DNA of 63,635 nucleotides, filler included, from Licmophora abbreviata (lineage: Eukaryota): assembly GCA_900291995.1 (NCBI GenBank). It is 13 parts of 13 records of this genome, joined end to end, with 100 filler letters (N's around TTAATTAATTAA, not from the genome) between each part and the next. Parts side by side here need not be neighbours in the genome. Positions count along the whole stretch, not along the records: positions 53,676 to 61,787 come from OLMU01003699.1; positions 61,888 to 63,635 come from OLMU01003704.1; 11 more parts are not named here. One strand, written 5' to 3'. A program made the translations under genes and the position numbers. The notes beneath the pieces were generated by a model. It saw only the letters and a list, made by a program, of their open reading frames with translations, had not been told where the DNA came from and made no database searches. Shown one piece after another: positions 56,933 through 63,635 of this stretch. Numbering within the stretch: position 1 is the first letter of the stretch; each line of letters opens with the position of its first letter.

Positions 56933-58143
56933 ATGTCTCCAGCTACGCCTTGGGTTAAGAAGAAGAGCCCACGCTCGACTACCGGTGTGCATCGGGGCAC
57001 ACAAGCGCCTACAACGAACTATCGCTTGCAGGAGGGGGCATCCAACGCCAGTGTCGAAATAGCCCGTAGTTTCTCCTTTGACGACATGGACCTCAACGAC
57101 AGCATGTACAATCGTCGGCAGCTCTATTTTTCACCCTCACTGCGCCAGAGACTCGAGGAAACGCAGAACGATCCGGAACTCTCCGACCATGACAAAATTA
57201 TTATTCAACGGCTTGCCATGAGAAGGTGAGTGAAACGAACGAGGATGGGCGAACTGAGAACTCTACCGGTAGAAGCAATCTTCCAATCTTCGACACTCAT
57301 CGAATTGTCTCCTCTCGTCTCGTTATTACCTCTCTCTATATCTTTCCCGCTTAAAGCTTCCATCTGCCGGGAAACTCCTTCTGGGAGGATTGGAACGCAT
57401 TCTTGTTCAACAACCACCCTGTCTTTAGCCTCACGGGTCTCTCCGACCCCCGGCACCCATTTGGGAGGCGTGAGCGTATTATTAACCTCGTTGCTAGTCT
57501 TGCATTTGGCCTGGCGGCTACCTCTTGCGTCATTTTGTGGTACTACTACCAAGAACGCGACATGAACCAAATCATCATGACGATTGGTGGCTTTGAGATT
57601 ACCCATGGACTAATTGCGTTGTTATTCTTTGGTGGCATGCTGCATGTCGTCTTTGACTTTGGACTTTGGTTCTTGCAGGCTTGTCCGTGCTGTCGGGAGG
57701 GAGGCTTCTGTGTGCCATATCTGACCGAACAAGTAGTGAATGTGTGGTTGTGGCTTGGACGACACTTGGCACTCGAAGTGACGGTCATTTCGCTCATTTT
57801 ATGTGTTGGTGTCATTGTCTTGCGTGCCTCTCTCAACAATGAAGAAGAGGGTGAAGACGCGAGTGACGATCAGCTCGCAAGAATTCAAGCGACTGGAATT
57901 GACGATTACGCATTCTTGTTCTCATATGCGATGGAAGTGGTGGTTAGTTTGTTTGTGCTGTTTCCGATTGTCGCCTTTACCATCTTTTCGGGTGTTCTGG
58001 GTTGTGGAAGACTTCCAGGCATTGGAGGTAGGCCTTGGCAGAAGCGTCGATGGAAATTGAGGCAGGAACGACTTGCCCAGCGGCAAAATTCCCAAGAAGG
58101 AGTGAGTTTGAATAGACGTCGGAGTGGCATGGCTAGTGTGTAG
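56933..58143 (+). CDS. Multi-pass membrane protein of unknown function; exons 56933-57225, 57357-58143
   Basis: A phase-2 GTGAGT..AAG intron gives RSFHLPGNSFWEDW..FLFNNHP followed by about four TM helices. Confidence 0.72.
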
Positions 58144-58372
58144 ACGACGGCGTGCGCACATGCTATGAAGCGCAACGATAAGGTACAATGCAAGTTGTAG
58201 CAAACTAGTTAGTATTCTGTCTCGCGAGCTCTATGTCGCTACGATAGTAAGCGTTATCGTTTCTGGTAGACGGTGTAGTGTGAGGTGGTGTCTTCGATGG
58301 GGGCTTCCGTAGCCCGTGGACATCATGGATAGCGGGTTTGTTTGTTGCAGGTAGCAGGTCGACGCAAAGTAC

Positions 58373-59536
58373 CTAGTGGGAAGATTTTGTTGACGCAAGA
58401 GGCAAGTGGCGTTCAAGCTCCTTGCGCACGGTCGCCATGTCGGGGCGCTGTTCGGGCTCAGGTGCCCAGCCGGCTTCCAGCAACCTGCGCATCCACTCGC
58501 AGCTCACAACGTTCAAGTCAGGCCGCTCGTGACCGCGATAGATACGCTTGAAGAACGAATCGACAGTCGGTAGAAGTGGAAAAGGCTGCTGGAGTGTGAC
58601 GATTTGCCACAAGACAATGGCAAACGAGTAGACATCGGACGAGCAGTGGCAACTCTTGGACAAGGCAATCTCCGGCGCCATGTATCGTGGCGCGCCAAAG
58701 CATTCATCCAATTCGAGTTGATCGAGTCCTTGATTGTTTGCTTGCGAGACTTCACGGGCTCGACCGAAATCAAAGATTTTGACTTTTCCGAAGCGATCAA
58801 AGCCAATGTTGAGGGGCTTGAGGTCACGGTGGATAAGGTTGTTTTCGTGAAGGTACTCGAGTCCCGAGGCTATGCCAAGGGCGACGGTGTAAATGCCCTC
58901 GTTTAGGGGCTGGAGAAGATCCTGTCGATGCTGCTGTGTCTTCTCGTTCTTCCTTAGGAGAGACCAGAATTGACGTTTCTTCGTGTGACTCGCTCGATGA
59001 AGTAGCAAAAGCTGGTTTCGTTCCTTCTTCCACGTCTCAATCTGCGTATCCAGTGTATACTCTAGGCGGTCCAGGACGAGGAAGAATCCACGAGACTTCT
59101 GAAACGACTGCGCGACACATCCTCCTTTCATCGCACGGAGGCAAATGATGTTTTCGTGCGCAATCCTGGATAGAATCTGTGCTTCAAGGGTGAGATCGAC
59201 GGCAGCTCGGATGAAGGCATCGTCTTTGGTCTTCTTGGTCTCTGTACCCGCAATGCTCGTCTTGACGCACTTCAGAACCATGCCAGAGCGGGACGTCGAG
59301 CTCCCAGGGGAAGTCGTCAAAGAAACATTGTAAATGGAACAGAAGCCGCCGTCATTGACGAAACTTTTTAGTTTCACGTCGTTCCAGGTCAGTTCAAGGA
59401 CTCCCTCACCAACGCTGTTCCTCTTGTCATCATTGGGACGACACAGCTTGGTCGTCGCTTCGAAGAGCTTACGCGCGTCAAGTGCCGCTTCCCCAGCCGT
59501 CTGAGCGCGATGGTTCACGGCTGTACGCGTCGTCAT
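58373..59536 (-). CDS. Ser/Thr (TKL-like) protein kinase, paralog of 25164-26551
   Basis: DGGFCSIY, VLK, HRDLKPLNIG, DFG, GAPRYMAPE, SDVYSF. Confidence 0.9.
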   Translation of the reverse strand: MTTRTAVNHRAQTAGEAALDARKLFEATTKLCRPNDDKRNSVGEGVLELTWNDVKLKSFVNDGGFCSIYNVSLTTSPGSSTSRSGMVLKCVKTSIAGTETKKTKDDAFIRAAVDLTLEAQILSRIAHENIICLRAMKGGCVAQSFQKSRGFFLVLDRLEYTLDTQIETWKKERNQLLLLHRASHTKKRQFWSLLRKNEKTQQHRQDLLQPLNEGIYTVALGIASGLEYLHENNLIHRDLKPLNIGFDRFGKVKIFDFGRAREVSQANNQGLDQLELDECFGAPRYMAPEIALSKSCHCSSDVYSFAIVLWQIVTLQQPFPLLPTVDSFFKRIYRGHERPDLNVVSCEWMRRLLEAGWAPEPEQRPDMATVRKELERHLPLASTKSSH

Positions 59537-60122
59537 GGTGACATCTCAGGTCAGATTCGTCGAGATTCAATCTGACTTTTGTGCATTCATTGTCCGCAAT
59601 TTGCAATTTGGATCATCTTCAATCGCGCTCATCCCAATCTTGCTTGGCCGAGCGGTCGTGCCTGGCGAGAGTTTTTGCAGAAAGACATTTCTTACTTATG
59701 TACATGATGTCACATACGACATATAGAAGCGTCCTGTGCAGCCTAATTTGTCTCATGTGACACCACGCAGATCGTCCAGCTTGGTTTGTCGAAAGAGGGT
59801 GATGTATGGAGCTCAAACCTCGCACCACTTCCGGATTTGCATTGCTAGCTTCTTGGTCTTCGTCTACTCTTACGGTTGCACGGCATGTCATATCAAGATA
59901 GAACGATTGTGAACGCATGCTGCATCGGAGACACAGTTTGAGGTATACAAAACACACTTAAGCTACACACACTAAAAGTTATCTTTCGTGGATCCCCTCC
60001 CTTTTTGGTTCCCCCCTCTTGGATCTCGTACACAAAATACTCGTTCGCTTGTTTGCCTTTGTGAGTCAGTCGCAAGATAGACTCGTCGTGCCTTGTTTTC
60101 GTTCTTATTCTTGAGCGATCGA

Positions 60123-61787
60123 CTAGCTAGGCGGTGATGGAGTCGAAAGCTTCGTGGTGCTCTCCCCTAGATCAGCTGCGACAGCTTCCTGCGGACCCGG
60201 CTCCCTTGGCGCTGCAAGCTGCTGCGGTGGCTGTTCCTGAGTCCTTGCTGAATGCTCCGATGTTTCACCTTTTTCCAGCGACTCTGACACCTGTTCCGTC
60301 AGCACATGCTGATCAGACTCCGGTGGACCTTTCGTCTCCTCCTCCTCTTCGGGCGCCTGGACGCGAGGCGGCATGACTTCAATGCCCTTCTTGCGTGCCG
60401 TCTGCACGTAGCTCTTGTAGTAGCATCGGATGCGATCGCGAATGCCGACAAAGTTGAATTCCTGGCTATCGAATTCGTAACCATTTCTGGATGCCACACG
60501 CACCACCTCTTCCGTGAGCCAATTGTTGAAGTGCTTCTGCTTCGCTGTGTAGTTCATGGCAGAATGGCGAAGATATTCGTCTCGATTGTCAATCAAGAAT
60601 CGTTCCAGCTAAAAGTGATAGAGCGAAAGTAAGAACCCAATTGTCAGTGCGAGCGATGATATATACACGACACTTTCCACACTCCAATGAAATCGGACCT
60701 CAGGATAATGCTTCCATGAGAATTTCTTGCGCAGAATTGTCTTTTCTTCGAGCTGCGGCTGCTGAACATACGAGTACGGCGAATGATGCAGCGGCGGCGG
60801 CTGATCCGCGTAGTGCGATCCAGGCGACACGTGATTCACATGCGGTGGATACGGTGTCGGTTGTTCCGGAGGATGTGATACGTATCCATTGTCGTAGGAC
60901 CCCCCAGTTTGCCAAGGTGGAAGCTCGCTGGTGCGCGGAGCTCTGGGATATCCTTGATAACGACGAGGCAACGGAGATCCCAAGGTATTGTAAGTCAAGC
61001 CTTCGGGAGAGTAGTATCCGTAGGGGAACGCGCCGCTGAAGGTGCGCACATGCTGCCGTGGCGGCGACTCGGTAGCATCAAACGAGAGGGCACGTTCAAC
61101 GACGGTAGGACTAGTCGATCCCCAAGATGGTATTTGTTGAATCGGCTCCGGAGGCTGTGGAGCGCCGACGTAGCGGTACTCGACCGGGTAGTCACGGGAA
61201 TGGTCTCGACGATGACGATTCTCTGGTGACATCCATTGAAGCTGCCAAGAAGGAGACCGACCATGTGACACGGGAAGAGGACTCTTGAGACTTTGCCAGG
61301 ATGGAGCCCTCGTGTGTTGTGGCGCCTCCGGTGGACTGCTTGGACTCGGTGGCACCACTCCCCGGTGGGGAGGCTCGACTGAGTTCTGCGGCTGTTGCTG
61401 CTGATTCGGTTCATCCCCTTGCATAGCGACCTTGGCTAAGAGATTGAGCGAGTTTTCTCGGATGTGTGTTGAGACACTGCGAGGAGGATGCACCGCGACT
61501 GTCTTCGGTGGCTGCGTTCGCTGCCGCTTCGGAGATGGGTAGCCTAGCTCACCGGGTGACGGTGGTACCGGTGGTGGTCGGCGGTATGGGATTCTTGGAG
61601 GTCGATAGGGCAACTGTTCACGTTCCGGAGCCCGACGAAATCCTGGGCTTGTCGGAGCAGAAGGTAGAAAGGGCCCCCTTGGAGATGGGGGAGGTGGTCC
61701 ACTGTAGCGCTGCTGTTGTCGAATCTCCGGTCTGGGAGGGCTATCGTAGTACTCTCGATGCGGTTCGGGCGGCCAAGAGGGACGAGG
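60123..61787 (-). CDS. Pro-rich protein with a compact basic helical C-terminal domain (putative transcription regulator); 5' end in gap, intron 60698-60609
   Basis: The frame is open from the gap. The spliced domain reads RKKFSWKHYPE|LERFLIDNRDEYL...QKHFNNWLTE...IRDRIRCYYKSYVQ. Confidence 0.7.
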
Positions 61788-62226
61788 NNNNNNNNNNNNN
61801 NNNNNNNNNNNNNNNNNNNNNNNNNNNNNNNTTAATTAATTAANNNNNNNNNNNNNNNNNNNNNNNNNNNNNNNNNNNNNNNNNNNNGGGATGACTCTGA
61901 AAGACTGGAGAAAAAACTTGAGTTGACCTTGACTTGCTCCGTTCCATTGAGTTCCCAAGCGGTATTGCCGAGGGTGAGTTCAGAAGGCATCGACTATGAT
62001 AGGAGTGCGCATCGGACAAGAAACGAACCTCGAAGTGGCCGCAGAGAGCACGACTAGGTTCTCAATGGTGACGATCGTGTACCGCTGAGTCCCGAGTTTT
62101 GGATCGAACATTCAAAATTCAATGAATCAGTCGTGCTGCGTTCACAATTACAGTACCCACGTACCGGCGGTACCGTGCTCTTCTCTCATCCCTTCTTCCA
62201 CTTTCTTCGTCGAGTAGACTCTCAGC

Positions 62227-63207
62227 ATGACGATTCGAAACGATAGTAAAACTATGCGACATTCCCCGGACGACGACGATGACGACCACCATCACGCAGT
62301 AGAGGAGGAGATTGTCGTCGAAGCAGACAAAGAATTCCCAATCCCCTTTTACGATCCGACGACAGATGCGGTTATGAAGAACCCAGTAGTCAACGCGGTG
62401 GGAGATTCCTACGATCAAACGACGGTCGATTCTGATGGCTCTGCTTCCGCTACTTCCTACTATCCGAATCGAGCGCTCAAAGCCATTATTGAGCGCGAAA
62501 TAGAACTGGCATCGGGGAGCTTACGGTCGAAATTCCGGCGGACGGGACATTCACTTCAGCATGGATGGGGTCGACTCGTTGAGCAGTCTGCTTTCACTTT
62601 CGAAAGCAAACCACTGCCGCCTTCCTTTTATTGTCCGATCGCATGCGAAATTATTGCCGACCCGGTCCTTGACCCAGATGGATACTCATACGAGCGTTCT
62701 GCCATCATCAATTGGCTTCGGAACAATCAGGTGTCGCCAATGACACGAAATTCCCTCCGTGCATCCGACTTGCGACCGAACAATGCCCTTCATGATCTTA
62801 TTCAGCAAGAGAAGGACCGCTCTGATGGCTCGATACACGGTTCATTTCGGAGATGGAAGGACTCTGGGTCGGCCACGTGTCGGCCACTCGAATCCCAGGA
62901 TCATCCAGACCCATCGGCACCGTCTGCATCGTTGCAAGATCGTCCAGACTCGTCCACACAAAACGTTCCAGAATCAGGAGATATTGAGACGCAAAGTCCT
63001 CGTACGCAGAACTACCCGACAACATTCGGAGAACTGCATGCACGAAGGAGGCGACAGCGACGCGCCAGTGTCACAGCCGTGGGCGTTGTGATTGTGCTCT
63101 TTGCAATCTTTGTCCTTGCTCCCTACTACATGGTGGGTGCGATAATATGTCTCGCCTTGCTCCTCCTCGGCTGGAGGCGTTATGCTGGGCAAAGAGGGTC
63201 GAATTAA
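62227..63207 (+). CDS. U-box E3 ubiquitin ligase with two U-boxes and a C-terminal membrane anchor
   Basis: PPSFYCPIACEIIADPV...GYSYERSAI..WL...SPMTR...LRPNNAL, an upstream degenerate copy FYDPTT..VMKNPV...YPNRAL, and a hydrophobic C-terminus. Confidence 0.88.
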   Translation: MTIRNDSKTMRHSPDDDDDDHHHAVEEEIVVEADKEFPIPFYDPTTDAVMKNPVVNAVGDSYDQTTVDSDGSASATSYYPNRALKAIIEREIELASGSLRSKFRRTGHSLQHGWGRLVEQSAFTFESKPLPPSFYCPIACEIIADPVLDPDGYSYERSAIINWLRNNQVSPMTRNSLRASDLRPNNALHDLIQQEKDRSDGSIHGSFRRWKDSGSATCRPLESQDHPDPSAPSASLQDRPDSSTQNVPESGDIETQSPRTQNYPTTFGELHARRRRQRRASVTAVGVVIVLFAIFVLAPYYMVGAIICLALLLLGWRRYAGQRGSN

Positions 63208-63635
63208 CTTTTTCAGAATCGGAGAGAGCCGCCCACAATTCATTTGAGAACGAAGGCTCTCGCAAAACAAGAACACAATAGGCGTGCTGATAAAACCAAA
63301 CAGTAGTGGAAGAGCTCTATGAAACGTAACTTTTGTACAGTAGTTTTTTCAGTGAACTGAATCGCTCGCACATGTTAGTGAAAACAGTCTTTTTCCAGGT
63401 TTTGAAAAAATCGTGATCGCGGGGTGTTATGGATACGGTGTATGAATTACCGGTACGTGGTAGATCGCACACTTTCTTGATTTTCGTGCTTGCGATGGAT
63501 CGCGACGAGTGACCCTAACAGCACTCCCGCGGTACGGTACTAACCCTAACAAACATATCGTAGAACACGCCGACGATGTCCGACCTCGCCCCAAAATCAG
63601 GAAATGCACCAATCCATCGAATCATGGAGACTGTC

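Noticed and set aside
63512..63550. Two ACCCTAAC telomere-like motifs
   Set aside because: Only two separated copies, so not a telomeric array; too little evidence for a regulatory call.

Overview
Eukaryotic, gene-dense, roughly GC-balanced scaffold, inferred to be from a diatom (probably pennate). The basis is short GT-AG introns of about 85-130 nt, a plastid-type presequence on Z-ISO, and diatom-style kinase, ankyrin and Pro/Thr-rich secreted families. Twelve identical 100-bp spacers (44 N + TTAATTAATTAA + 44 N) are artificial gap markers; several fall inside repetitive genes or between overlapping contig ends. About 30 protein-coding loci are recognisable. No rRNA, tRNA, CRISPR array or transposase was seen. 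Main points of interest: (1) a modular family of secreted proteins combining Reeler-like and/or hevein/CBM18 heads, Pro-Thr stalks, SPGG spacers and Lys/Gly-rich KXXK tails, three of which end in an RXL motif (those three tails are missing from the ORF track); (2) an intronless PD-(D/E)xK nuclease + kinase-like, Crinkler-type gene between degenerate direct repeats; (3) an intronless RLIG1/C12orf29-like RNA ligase; (4) a UMP-CMP kinase fused to a CaMKII-hub-like domain; (5) a four-copy ankyrin-like/BTB array; (6) a readable tandem-duplication junction that creates a chimeric mini-gene. Four genes carry single-base frameshifts, probably assembly errors. All family assignments come from motif recognition by eye, not from database searches.
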